From an uncultured Elusimicrobia bacterium (GTDB taxonomy: Bacteria > Elusimicrobiota > Elusimicrobia > JACQPE01): a DNA stretch of 46,124 nt. Shown in pieces: positions 15,673-24,498 of the stretch. Position 1 is the first letter of the stretch. Every line of letters starts with the position of its first letter. Position numbers and translations under genes: made by a program. The stretch covers positions 1-46,124 of the forward strand of contig CAYHKQ010000004.1 in assembly GCA_964357255.1 (NCBI GenBank), given 5' to 3'. The notes under the pieces are model-generated. The model saw only the letters and a program-made list of their open reading frames with translations, did no database searches and was not told the origin of the DNA.

Positions 15673-17599
15673 CGCTCCGGCGGATTTCTTCGAGGCTGAC
15701 GGGGTTTTCCAGGGACGTTAAATCCCCTGGATTTTTGTTGAGATAAACGGCGCGGATGACGCGGCGCATAATTTTGGCGTTGCGGGTTTTGGGCAGGTCT
15801 TTGACGAAAAGAATTTCCGAGGGCCGCATGGCCTTGCCGAGTTGGGCGCAGACCTGGCCCTTAAGTTCTTCTTTAAGCTCGACCGAAAGGCCCGCGCGCG
15901 GGCGTAGCACGACAAAAATCAAAATTATTTCCCCTTTAATCGCGTCGGGAACGCCGATGGCCGCGGATTCCAAAACAGCCGGATGGCCGGCCAGGGCGGA
16001 CTCGACCTCAGCCGGCCCAACCCTTTTGCCCGCCACCTTAATTGTGTCATCCGAGCGTCCCTCGATATACCAAAGCCCATCCTCGTCAATGCGGGCTAAA
16101 TCCCCATGCACCCAGACGTCCTTAAAACGCGACCAATAAGTGTCCAAATAGCGCTGAGGATCCTTCCAAAATCCCTGGGCCTGGCCAACCCAAGGGGCTC
16201 GAATCACAAGTTCGCCGACTTTGCTCCGCTCGGAACGACCGTTTTCATCCACCACGTCGGCCGCGATTCCCGGCGCCGGGCCCGCGAAAGAACAGGGACG
16301 GCATGGTCTTAAAAGATTACCGATCACAATTCCTCCGGAAATTTCCGTGCCGCCGGAATAATTGATAATGGGTAGCCGTCCTCCTCCCACATTCTGAAAA
16401 AACCAATTCCAGGATTCAGGATTCCACGGCTCCCCTGTCGAGCCGAGAATTCTAAGCGAGGAAAAGTCGCGGCCCTTGACAATCCCGTCCCCAAAACGCA
16501 TCAACAAACGAATAAGGGTTGGGGAAATGCCGAGCGCCGTAATTTGGTGGCTTTGAATTAACTCAAAAAGCCGCGCAGGGGACGGGTAATCCAGGGCGCC
16601 GTCATAAAGGAAGGCCGTGGCTCCATGAATAGCGGCTCCAAAAATCTGCCAGGGCCCCATCATCCATCCGATGTCCGTGACCCAGTGCAAAACATCTGCA
16701 CGAGCAAGGTCAAAGCCATGGGCCATGTCCTGCGCGGCCTTAATCGGAAATCCCGAATGAATATGAAGAATCCCCTTGGGGCGGCCCGTGGTGCCGGAGG
16801 TATAAAGAATCATCAATGGATGATTAGAGGGGACGGTCTCAGCTGGGAACTCCTGGGGTTGATCCGCCGTCAGATTGGCCCATTCCACGTCATACCCATC
16901 ATTCCAGGGAATGGGATTTTTAGCGCGACGCGCGAAAATAACGGATTTTAAGCTTGGAACTCCGCGAGCCACCACGTCGGCCACTTGCTTGGTATTGACG
17001 ATTTGGCCCCGGCGCAAAAATCCGTCCACGGTAATCAAAGCCTTGGCCTGGGCGTCCCCTAGGCGCGAAATAATCGCGCCGGCCGCAAAACCGGAAAAAA
17101 GAGGAATGGAAATAGCGCCGATGCGGGCAACCGCGAAAAGGGCGATCGCTGTTTCCGGAATCATGGGAAGATAAATACCCACGCTGTCGCCGGCGCCTAT
17201 TCCCAGGGAAACAAGGCCGTTGGCCAGGCGATTGACCTGGCCGAGAAGCTCCTTGTAACTGATGACGCGCCGGACGCCCTCTTCCCCCTCCCAAACAATC
17301 GCGGATTTATCCGGTTGGCACGCCGCCCATCGGTCGAGGCAACTTTGCGTAATATTCAAACGACCGCCCACAAACCAGCGCGGCCACGCCGGGCCTTTGG
17401 ATAAATCGAGAACTTGGCTGTACGGAGTTGCCCAGACAATCCCCAAGTCTTTGACGACCGCGTCCCAAAACCACTCCGGTTGCTCGATGGATTTTTTTTG
17501 AAGCTCGTCTAACGAGGCAAGCCCGTGGTGATCAATGAATCGCTGAAGGCGGGAATTCTTGACAATCTCAGGGCTCGGCGTCCAGGAAAAATCCCCCAT
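15641..17599 (-). CDS. AMP-forming acyl-CoA synthetase, acetate--CoA ligase family
   Basis: 652 aa with the AMP-binding motif YTSGTTGRPKG. Has an Acs-like N-terminus (EWFWDAV...WFVGGRLNITQSCLDRW) and a C-terminal KTRNAKIMRR. Confidence 0.85.
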   Translation of the reverse strand: MGDFSWTPSPEIVKNSRLQRFIDHHGLASLDELQKKSIEQPEWFWDAVVKDLGIVWATPYSQVLDLSKGPAWPRWFVGGRLNITQSCLDRWAACQPDKSAIVWEGEEGVRRVISYKELLGQVNRLANGLVSLGIGAGDSVGIYLPMIPETAIALFAVARIGAISIPLFSGFAAGAIISRLGDAQAKALITVDGFLRRGQIVNTKQVADVVARGVPSLKSVIFARRAKNPIPWNDGYDVEWANLTADQPQEFPAETVPSNHPLMILYTSGTTGRPKGILHIHSGFPIKAAQDMAHGFDLARADVLHWVTDIGWMMGPWQIFGAAIHGATAFLYDGALDYPSPARLFELIQSHQITALGISPTLIRLLMRFGDGIVKGRDFSSLRILGSTGEPWNPESWNWFFQNVGGGRLPIINYSGGTEISGGIVIGNLLRPCRPCSFAGPAPGIAADVVDENGRSERSKVGELVIRAPWVGQAQGFWKDPQRYLDTYWSRFKDVWVHGDLARIDEDGLWYIEGRSDDTIKVAGKRVGPAEVESALAGHPAVLESAAIGVPDAIKGEIILIFVVLRPRAGLSVELKEELKGQVCAQLGKAMRPSEILFVKDLPKTRNAKIMRRVIRAVYLNKNPGDLTSLENPVSLEEIRRSATVAPPSIRS

Positions 17600-17703
17600 A
17601 AGGATACTCTTATCCTACATCTTTAGCCGTCGCGTGCAGGCAATCATCCGGGATTCCGCAGTTGACACGCCATTCCCCTCTGGATCACCGGACTTTTCTG
17701 TCC

Positions 17704-17771
17704 CGTCATACCGGCGCAAGCCGGTATCCAGTTTTCCTCGGAGTCTGGACACCGGCTTGCGCCGGTGTGAC
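17704..17771. repeat. Inverted pair of 27-28-nt hairpin repeats separated by 13 nt
   Basis: CGTCATACCGGCGCAAGCCGGTATCCAG (17704-17731) and CTGGACACCGGCTTGCGCCGGTGTGAC (17745-17771). They are reverse complements except for one compensated base pair. Confidence 0.85.
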
Positions 17772-17800
17772 AACCCAACTACGAAATTTGGGATCATAAA

Positions 17801-17829
17801 TTGACCGAAAGTGGCATTGCCGGATAACT
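17801..17829 (+). promoter_or_regulatory. Candidate sigma70-like promoter for 17851-19356
   Basis: TTGACC (17801-17806), 17-nt spacer, ATAACT (17824-17829). It ends 21 nt before the ATG. Confidence 0.4.
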
Positions 17830-17850
17830 CCTGGTAAGCTTAGATTAGCC

Positions 17851-19356
17851 ATGAAAAAACTAATTTTCGCGGTTGCCGTTATGTGCGCGCTAGCGATGGA
17901 CGGATCAGCGCAACAGCAGGGTATGTTAGACTGGGCCAAACGTTTCGAGGTCATCGAAGACCCTTCGCCTCGAAAATCCAGGCCTGGCGATTTGGTCAGC
18001 TCTTACGGCGCTGTCGTAGATCGCTCTTGCCTCAAGGGCCTGAGCCCGGAGGCGCGCGAGGGCCTGAGAGGACAGCTCGATGCTATCGTGGAAAACACTC
18101 TGCGTAAAATCGGAGACTGCCACCACGCTATCACACCCGACATTAACTTGCTCCGCCGTGCCGCGGCAATCGTAAACCGTATGAAACTCATCTGCGTCAA
18201 CTCCGCTTCCGATTCACACTTTCAAGGTAAATCCCCCGGACCAAGCGCCTATACCTTCCTTGTCCCTTACTTAAAAGAACATATACGAAACATTCCTCTA
18301 GAATTTCAGAATTTGGCTAAAAACGATCCTCAGCCTCTTTTTATCGTTATTCCAGACAGTTTCCAACAATTTTTGGACCATGACGCCAAACATAATGAAG
18401 GCACGCTGTTTCATGAAAGCCTTCATCAAACCTGGGCCAACAACCAACTCGACCACGCGAACATTGAAAATATAAGCGTGGACCTAGTGGACACAGCGGC
18501 TAAAACATCCCCATGCGGCGTTAACAAGCTTGACGACCGTATTATGCTCTTTGAAGCTGCTTGCGGATTTAACCTGCCGTTGGCTAGCGAACTTCGCTAC
18601 CGGATGCGCCACTGCGGAATGGCGGCCGGATGCATGGATACGTTATGGCAAACCCCGGGGATACCGCTCAAATATCTCAGCGGACCAGACGCTGACCCGA
18701 AACTTCAGGCGACTTTCGGCCCCTACTGGAAAACAAAAGGCAATGCCTATGACACCTGCGAACGGATTCGCTCCCGTCTTAACGGCCTGGCTAAAAAGCG
18801 CGAGATCGAGGACCTTGACGCCGAGGAACGCGTGGAGCAACTCGGAATATTCGTAGGCCAAAACAGCGGCGGATTCGGAAAGACTATCCCTGATCATTAT
18901 CTGAAAACCTTAAACAAGGAGGAGCGTGACATTGCGCGATCCCTACAGACTCAAATGCAAGATGGCTTTGAAGGAAACTGCGATTTACGAATGTACGAAT
19001 CAATTCAGAACAAAAAATCCCTATGGATGCTTAACGCTATTAATCTGGACGCCCGACGCGAAGGATGCCCCTATCTTGACCCGGCGCATCCGCATTACAG
19101 TCTGGCAAAAAAATTGGCCGGCTTCCATAATTTAGAGCACGACCTTGAGCTAAAATCCTTCTTCCTCATTTCGCAAATCAAGCATTTTGTCACAAATGAC
19201 GATTCAGGTTCCTTCCACGGATTTGCAGCGCGCGCGATAGAACTGTTTCAAGAAAGCTGTCCCAACGATGAGCGCGCCTTCGAGCCAAGGCTTTGCGAAG
19301 AGGGCGAGGCCAAATTTATTGACGCGATCGCTCAAATCCAAAAATGGCTCGAATAG
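17851..19356 (+). CDS. Orphan secreted Cys-rich protein with a single HExxH motif
   Basis: Signal peptide MKKLIFAVAVMCALAMDGSA. The only motif is LFHESLHQT, and about 12 Cys are spread through the mature part. I recognise no family. Confidence 0.6.
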   Translation: MKKLIFAVAVMCALAMDGSAQQQGMLDWAKRFEVIEDPSPRKSRPGDLVSSYGAVVDRSCLKGLSPEAREGLRGQLDAIVENTLRKIGDCHHAITPDINLLRRAAAIVNRMKLICVNSASDSHFQGKSPGPSAYTFLVPYLKEHIRNIPLEFQNLAKNDPQPLFIVIPDSFQQFLDHDAKHNEGTLFHESLHQTWANNQLDHANIENISVDLVDTAAKTSPCGVNKLDDRIMLFEAACGFNLPLASELRYRMRHCGMAAGCMDTLWQTPGIPLKYLSGPDADPKLQATFGPYWKTKGNAYDTCERIRSRLNGLAKKREIEDLDAEERVEQLGIFVGQNSGGFGKTIPDHYLKTLNKEERDIARSLQTQMQDGFEGNCDLRMYESIQNKKSLWMLNAINLDARREGCPYLDPAHPHYSLAKKLAGFHNLEHDLELKSFFLISQIKHFVTNDDSGSFHGFAARAIELFQESCPNDERAFEPRLCEEGEAKFIDAIAQIQKWLE

Positions 19357-19514
19357 AACCGCCTAGGGAACCCGTGGACGATCCACTTAGAACTTCCCGC
19401 AACGGGCCGTGGCGTGCTATACTGTTGCGACGCAATTATTAAGTCATTAAATAAGATTGCCGCGCCCCGCCCAAGGCGGGATCGCAATAACCCAAGCAAA
19501 CACAAAGGAACAAA

Positions 19515-20870
19515 ATGAGCGAACCTCAAACCGGCTCGCAACCTGTCCATAGTCCGGCATTTAAAAAAAGGCGTTTTCAAAACTGGTTTCCCCTTGGTCT
19601 GACCTACGCGGCTTTCTATATGGGCCGCTACAATCTCAATGTAGCCTCCACTGAAATCATGAGCCGATTCGATCTCACTAAAGCCCAATTCGGCATTATT
19701 GCCACAGCCGGGTTTTGGACCTATGCCATCTCCGTTATAGTTAACGGCCCTTTGACAGACCGCATCGGCGGACGGCGCGCGATTTTGACGGCGGCCCTGG
19801 GCACCGCGGCCATCAATGGCCTTGTCGGATTCCTGTTTATGAACGGCTGGACGACCAAGGTGCTCGTTGGCATGAGCCTGCTCTACGGCGTCAATCAATA
19901 CTTCCAATCCTTTGGCGCGGTTTCCGTGGTCAAAACCAACGCGCCCTGGTTCCATGTCAAAGAACGCGGGGTGTTCGGCGGAATTTTCGGCATGATGATC
20001 TCAAGCGGCTACTTCCTGGCCATGACGGTCGGCGGCTGGATTCTGGCTTATCTGCCATGGTATGCCGTTTTTCTGGTCCCCTCGGCGATCATTGCAACAA
20101 TGTATCTCGTGGACAAGGCCCTGATCGTCAACAGCCCCCAAGAGGCTGGGTTCTCTAATTTCAACACCGGCGATGCGACAAGCCATCTGGCGGACAAAGA
20201 CAAGCCCGTGGATTTCGCCTATCTGGCCAAACATGTCTTCTCCAACAAAGTTATCCTCGTCTTAATCGCCGCGGAATTTTGCACCGGCTTTGTCCGGCAG
20301 GGACTTCTCCTGTGGTTCGTTCCTTTTCTAAAAGAGGTGCATCATATCCATCACGGCACGGCGCTATTTTCCTTTGCCACCATCGGCATCACGGTCGGCG
20401 GAATTCTGGGCGGATTACTGTGCGGGTTTCTCTCCGACAAAGTTTTCCAATCGCGCCGCCCGCCCGTGGCCTTCATTTTTTACATCGGCCAAATCATCTC
20501 GCTCCTCATCCTCGCGTGGGTGTCCACGCCGATAGCCGCTTCCTTTATGATAGGAATGACCTGCTTGTGGATTTTCGGCGTCCACGGAATGCTCTCCGGC
20601 ACGGCCTCCATGGACTTTGGCGGCACCAAGGCCGCGGCAACCGTCACGGGGCTTCTCGACGGAGTGCAATATGTGGCCGCGGGCTTGACCGGATTTCTCC
20701 TGGGAGGATTTCTGGATAAATTTGGCTGGGGCGTCTGGACCTTTATGATCGTTCCATTTTCCCTTATTGGAAGCCTGTTGATGTTAACCCTTTGGAACAG
20801 CACCCCATCCAACACCAAAATCAGCCTGCGCTCCCCCGTGCCGGCCAAGCGCGAGCCGGCGCTTGTCTGA
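19515..20870 (+). CDS. MFS transporter, organophosphate:Pi antiporter (GlpT/UhpC-like) family
   Basis: 451 aa with ~12 TM segments. The N-terminal pattern LTYAAFYMGRYNLNVA...NGPLTDRIGGRR parallels the GlpT pattern FGYAAYYLVRKNF...SDR. Confidence 0.8.
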   Translation: MSEPQTGSQPVHSPAFKKRRFQNWFPLGLTYAAFYMGRYNLNVASTEIMSRFDLTKAQFGIIATAGFWTYAISVIVNGPLTDRIGGRRAILTAALGTAAINGLVGFLFMNGWTTKVLVGMSLLYGVNQYFQSFGAVSVVKTNAPWFHVKERGVFGGIFGMMISSGYFLAMTVGGWILAYLPWYAVFLVPSAIIATMYLVDKALIVNSPQEAGFSNFNTGDATSHLADKDKPVDFAYLAKHVFSNKVILVLIAAEFCTGFVRQGLLLWFVPFLKEVHHIHHGTALFSFATIGITVGGILGGLLCGFLSDKVFQSRRPPVAFIFYIGQIISLLILAWVSTPIAASFMIGMTCLWIFGVHGMLSGTASMDFGGTKAAATVTGLLDGVQYVAAGLTGFLLGGFLDKFGWGVWTFMIVPFSLIGSLLMLTLWNSTPSNTKISLRSPVPAKREPALV

Positions 20871-21654
20871 ACCATTGACGAAAACCTCCCAGGCCGGCAT
20901 CCTTCAAGAAATTCTCCGGCGCATTAACGCGCCCGGCAACGGCCGCGCGAGCGTCGCGCTTTTTGACGTGGACGACACCATATTGTCCACCTCCTGGCGG
21001 CATCTGCGCATCTTAAAAGAGTTTGCCGCGGACCGCGCTCGAGAGAGCCGCCACCCATCGGAACTCAAAAAACTCTCGGCCATAACCGCCCAGGAAACGC
21101 GCTACTACATCGTTGACACCGCCCGCCAAGCCGGGGTTGCCGACGATTCTCTCCTTCAAGAGCTAAAAAATTTTTGGTTCGAGCGTTTTTTCAAAAGCGA
21201 ATACCTTAGCGAAGACCGGCCTATCGCCGGAGCGCCGGCTTTCTGCCGCAAAGTCCGCAAAATCGGGGCCCGTATCGTCTACCAAACCGGACGGGATGAA
21301 ACCATGCGCCAGGCCACTATTAAAAGCCTTGAAGCCCATGGTTTTCCCTTGCCGGACGACGCCAGCGTTCATTTAATCGTCAAACCGCGATTCAGCGATC
21401 CTGACCTGGAATTTAAAACCCGTTCAATCCGCGAAGTCGGCGCTCTGGGCCGAGTAACCGCGGCCTTTGAAAATGAGCCGGCTCATATCAATCTTTATCA
21501 TGACCATTTTCCGGATGGCCTGATGGCGCTCCTGGAAACCCGGTGCTCAGACCAAACGGCCCGGCCCAAGCCGGAAATACGACGAATAAAAAACTTCCTT
21601 CTAACCCGCGCAATGGGTTATAATAAGCTCAATGCTTCCAACATTTCGACCTAA
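20863..21654 (+). CDS. HAD-superfamily phosphatase
   Basis: DxDxT nucleophile motif [10 protein letters not shown], with later TGR and acidic motifs. The TTG start overlaps the MFS stop by 8 nt; the exact start is uncertain. Confidence 0.68.
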   Translation: MSEPLTKTSQAGILQEILRRINAPGNGRASVALFDVDDTILSTSWRHLRILKEFAADRARESRHPSELKKLSAITAQETRYYIVDTARQAGVADDSLLQELKNFWFERFFKSEYLSEDRPIAGAPAFCRKVRKIGARIVYQTGRDETMRQATIKSLEAHGFPLPDDASVHLIVKPRFSDPDLEFKTRSIREVGALGRVTAAFENEPAHINLYHDHFPDGLMALLETRCSDQTARPKPEIRRIKNFLLTRAMGYNKLNASNIST

Positions 21655-21769
21655 TGTCCGCCGCCGCAATAAGAGAATCGGGTTTCGCGCGCGCATGAAA
21701 ACAAAAGGCGGCCGTCGCGTTTTGGCGCGCCGGCGCAAAAAAGGCCGGCGCAAGCTCATTGTCGTTTAG
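21632..21769 (+). CDS. rpmH: 50S ribosomal protein L34
   Basis: Hand translation gives [45 protein letters not shown] (45 aa), a canonical L34 pattern. It precedes rnpA as in most bacteria and is not in the ORF track. Confidence 0.9.
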   Translation: MLPTFRPNVRRRNKRIGFRARMKTKGGRRVLARRRKKGRRKLIVV

Positions 21770-21804
21770 AACTGCCGTTTTTTGAAAAGCGCGTCCGTCT
21801 CAAT

Positions 21805-21841
21805 TTGTTCGTCATTACAAAGAACGCCGGCGACGAAACAA
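21805..21841. repeat. Imperfect hairpin in the rpmH-rnpA spacer
   Basis: TTGTTCGTC (21805-21813) pairs with GACGAAACAA (21832-21841), with one bulged base and an 18-nt loop. Confidence 0.5.
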
Positions 21842-21912
21842 TCTCCCCGAAGCATGAGGTTGACGTAGCCTGCCTGCGAGAGGCCTTGCGATAATAAAAA
21901 TTTGGAATCATT

Positions 21913-22269
21913 ATGAAACTATCAACCAAAGCGCAAATCCAAAAACTATTGGATCGCGGGACAAGATGGGGCGCCGGACCGATTCAATTTTTTTCCCTGC
22001 CGGCGAACGGCCTGCAAGAACAGCTCGGCATTATCGTTCTCAAAAAAGCCTACCGTCGCGCTGTGGACCGAAACCGCATCAAACGCTTGATTCGAGAATC
22101 TTGGCGCCGATTGCCGCCGGTTCCTCAAGAAAATTTTTTACTGATGGTTCACTCCGGCCTTAACGCGAGGACCATCAAACTCAAGGATATGGATTTATGG
22201 ATCAAAACAGCATTCTCCAAAAAACAACGGTCGCCGGCCGAGTTAGCCGCGCCCTCGCTAGCGCGCTGA
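21913..22269 (+). CDS. rnpA: Ribonuclease P protein component
   Basis: 118 aa and basic. Has the RNR-type motif AVDRNRIKRLIRESWR. It lies between rpmH and yidD. Confidence 0.87.
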   Translation: MKLSTKAQIQKLLDRGTRWGAGPIQFFSLPANGLQEQLGIIVLKKAYRRAVDRNRIKRLIRESWRRLPPVPQENFLLMVHSGLNARTIKLKDMDLWIKTAFSKKQRSPAELAAPSLAR

Positions 22270-22445
22270 TTCTCAGTTATCAGATGTTGTTCCGGCCGTT
22301 ACTGCCGTCTTCGTGCCGCTACAAGATCAGTTGCTCCGATTTTACCCTGATCGCCATTCGCCATTACGGCGCCTGGAAGGGAATGAAAATGGGCTTGGGG
22401 CGCGTTTTAAGTTGTCATCCTTTCGCTAAAATAAATCCTTCGTAA
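22197..22445 (+). CDS. yidD: Membrane protein insertion efficiency factor YidD
   Basis: LILSYQMLFRPLLPSSCRYKISCSDFTLIAIRHYGAWKGMKMGLGRVLSCHPF matches the YidD signature. It overlaps the rnpA 3' end, which is common. Confidence 0.85.
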   Translation: MDQNSILQKTTVAGRVSRALASALILSYQMLFRPLLPSSCRYKISCSDFTLIAIRHYGAWKGMKMGLGRVLSCHPFAKINPS

Positions 22446-22447
22446 TC

Positions 22448-23944
22448 ATGGAAGAATCATCAATTCCCAAACGAAACATCCTCTTGGCCGCGGCCTTAGC
22501 CATGGGTGTGTATATGATCTGGTACAGGTGGCTGATGCCCGTGCCGCCGCGGCCGATAGCGCAACCCTTGGCCCCTGCCCCTGCAAGCCAAGCCCTCGTC
22601 GCTCAGGCATTAGTCGAAACCCCTGCCCCAATCCATCCCTTCGCGTCGGCAAGCCGGCAGGGCACAATTCTTCTCGATAGCGGCGGCGCGATTACGGAAC
22701 TTGAATTCACAAATCCATCCACCCAAAAAACAGATCCGATTTTATTGAAAGGCAGTTCCTTCCTAAGCACCAAAATCCCCTCTCATCCACAAGAGCGATG
22801 GAAAATCGCCTCCGACGGCCAGGGCGCCGTCCTAGAGCTCAGAACCCCGGAAGGCCTGTATCAAAAAAAATTCATCTTCTCCCCGCTTCAGGAAGGTTTC
22901 GGCGTCCTGCTCCTGGACTTCGAGTCTTCCGGCCGCGCCTCAGGTCTCATAGAAATCTCTCTGGACGCAAAACTGCCTGACGAAGACTCCAAGAACATTC
23001 GCCTGTTCGCCGGCTACAAGGGCAAAAAATCGCTGATCGTTAATTTTGCCTCGAAAAAACAGCTGGAAATGCCTTTAAAATTTGAGCAAGATCATGCGCT
23101 CCAAGCGGCCGGCGCGACGAGCCGTTATCACCTTAGCCTCGCTCACAACCTCGATCAAATCAAGACCCTTTCTCCGCTTCGTCAGGGATCGGCCCCGTCC
23201 TGGTCCTGGACAGTGTCGCTCGCCTCGGGACAAACGGTCGAAATCCCCTTCTATTGCGGAATCAAAACGGAAAAAGCCATGAAAGAGTTGCGCCTGGATA
23301 ATATGCTCTATGGCGGCATCCTGGGACCGCTAAAACGCCTCGTGCGCCTGACCCTTAGCGCCTTTTATAAGCTCACCGGCAATTATGGATTTGCCATTAT
23401 TCTTCTGACCTTGGTATTTCAAGTTTTCCTTTTGCCGTTCACCTTAAAAAATCTTAAATTTACGCAAAAAATGAAGGACCTCTCTCCTAAAATCCAACAG
23501 CTTCAGGCGAAATACAAGAGCGATCCTAAAAAAATGAACGAGGAAATGATGCAACTCTACCGCGGCTACGGCGCTAATCCCCTGGGCGGATGCCTGACCA
23601 TGTTGCTTCAAATGCCGATTTTCTTCGCGCTCTACAGCGCCTTAAACGACAGCTACGAGCTCTACGGCGCGCCCTTCATGTTTTGGATCAAAAATTTGGC
23701 AGTGCATGACCCGACGTATATCCTGCCCCTGCTCATGGGCGGCGCCATGTTCCTTCAGACCATTAAAAGCCAGCCAACCATTGCCGATCCATCTCAAAAA
23801 ATGATGATGTATGTCATGCCCGTCATGTTCACCTTTATGTTCTTAAAATTTCCATCGGGACTAGTGCTCTATTGGCTCACCAGCAATCTCGTGAGCCTGG
23901 GGCTAACCACGATTTTGCCGAAATTCATGGAAAAAGTTTCATAG
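22448..23944 (+). CDS. yidC: Membrane protein insertase YidC
   Basis: 498 aa with an N-terminal TM and a periplasmic domain. The C-terminal 60-kDa insertase core is GFAIILLTLVFQVFLLPFTLK...LQMPIFFALY...LVLYWLTSNL. Confidence 0.92.
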   Translation: MEESSIPKRNILLAAALAMGVYMIWYRWLMPVPPRPIAQPLAPAPASQALVAQALVETPAPIHPFASASRQGTILLDSGGAITELEFTNPSTQKTDPILLKGSSFLSTKIPSHPQERWKIASDGQGAVLELRTPEGLYQKKFIFSPLQEGFGVLLLDFESSGRASGLIEISLDAKLPDEDSKNIRLFAGYKGKKSLIVNFASKKQLEMPLKFEQDHALQAAGATSRYHLSLAHNLDQIKTLSPLRQGSAPSWSWTVSLASGQTVEIPFYCGIKTEKAMKELRLDNMLYGGILGPLKRLVRLTLSAFYKLTGNYGFAIILLTLVFQVFLLPFTLKNLKFTQKMKDLSPKIQQLQAKYKSDPKKMNEEMMQLYRGYGANPLGGCLTMLLQMPIFFALYSALNDSYELYGAPFMFWIKNLAVHDPTYILPLLMGGAMFLQTIKSQPTIADPSQKMMMYVMPVMFTFMFLKFPSGLVLYWLTSNLVSLGLTTILPKFMEKVS

Positions 23945-23992
23945 GGGTTGGTGAACAATTTACTAAAGCGGTCTAACCCCCAAGGAGAAAAT

Positions 23993-24478
23993 ATGCAAGA
24001 AGCAACCCTTCGAAAAATAGAAACCATTACGCGCGCAGTCATCGAGGCTCTTGAAATAACGCCCACCAGCGTCAAGGCCGAGTGGCAGGAAGGCCAGGAA
24101 AGAATTTATGTCACCGTAGACGCGGGCGAAGCCAATGGATTCCTCATCGGCAAAGAAGGCCGGATGCTCGAGGCCTTAAAAGAAATCATCGAGGCCGCGG
24201 CGAGCCGCTCGGCGAATAGCCGGGTGGACATTTATTTTGACGTCGGCAGTTACTGGGCAAAGATCGAGGCCGGCGCCTTGGAATCCGCCAAACAGGCCGC
24301 CGAAGACGTGCGCCGGACCGGACGGGCCGTGCGCCTGGAGCCGATGCATCCCCTGTTGCGTCGCTATCTCCACCGCGCCCTTCAAAACGATCCCGAGGTC
24401 GCCACTGCATCCGAGGGCGAGGGCACCTGGAGACAAATGTCCATCGTCCCCAAGGGAGCCGGCCCGGGTAATTTCTAA
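23993..24478 (+). CDS. jag: Jag/KhpB-like RNA-binding protein (KH plus R3H)
   Basis: It holds the conserved position after yidC. KH-like LIGKEGRMLEALKEII and an R3H-like C-terminus. I chose the ATG at 23993, preceded by AAGGAG; the track start 23948 is TTG. Confidence 0.8.
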   Translation: MQEATLRKIETITRAVIEALEITPTSVKAEWQEGQERIYVTVDAGEANGFLIGKEGRMLEALKEIIEAAASRSANSRVDIYFDVGSYWAKIEAGALESAKQAAEDVRRTGRAVRLEPMHPLLRRYLHRALQNDPEVATASEGEGTWRQMSIVPKGAGPGNF

Positions 24479-24498
24479 AACGCTCCATTGTTTCCCCA

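Noticed and set aside
17600-17850. The 250-nt gap as a housekeeping ncRNA (RNase P RNA, SRP RNA, 6S RNA or tmRNA).
   Set aside because: It is too short for RNase P RNA or tmRNA, and I found no SRP domain-IV-like GGAAG/AGCAG motif pair. The content is explained by the repeat hairpins plus divergent promoters. A covariance-model scan would be needed to exclude this formally.
21632-21912. A replication origin next to rpmH.
   Set aside because: I could not find a cluster of TTATCCACA-like DnaA boxes or an AT-rich unwinding element. dnaA and dnaN are not in the window. Only a whole-genome GC-skew analysis could settle this.
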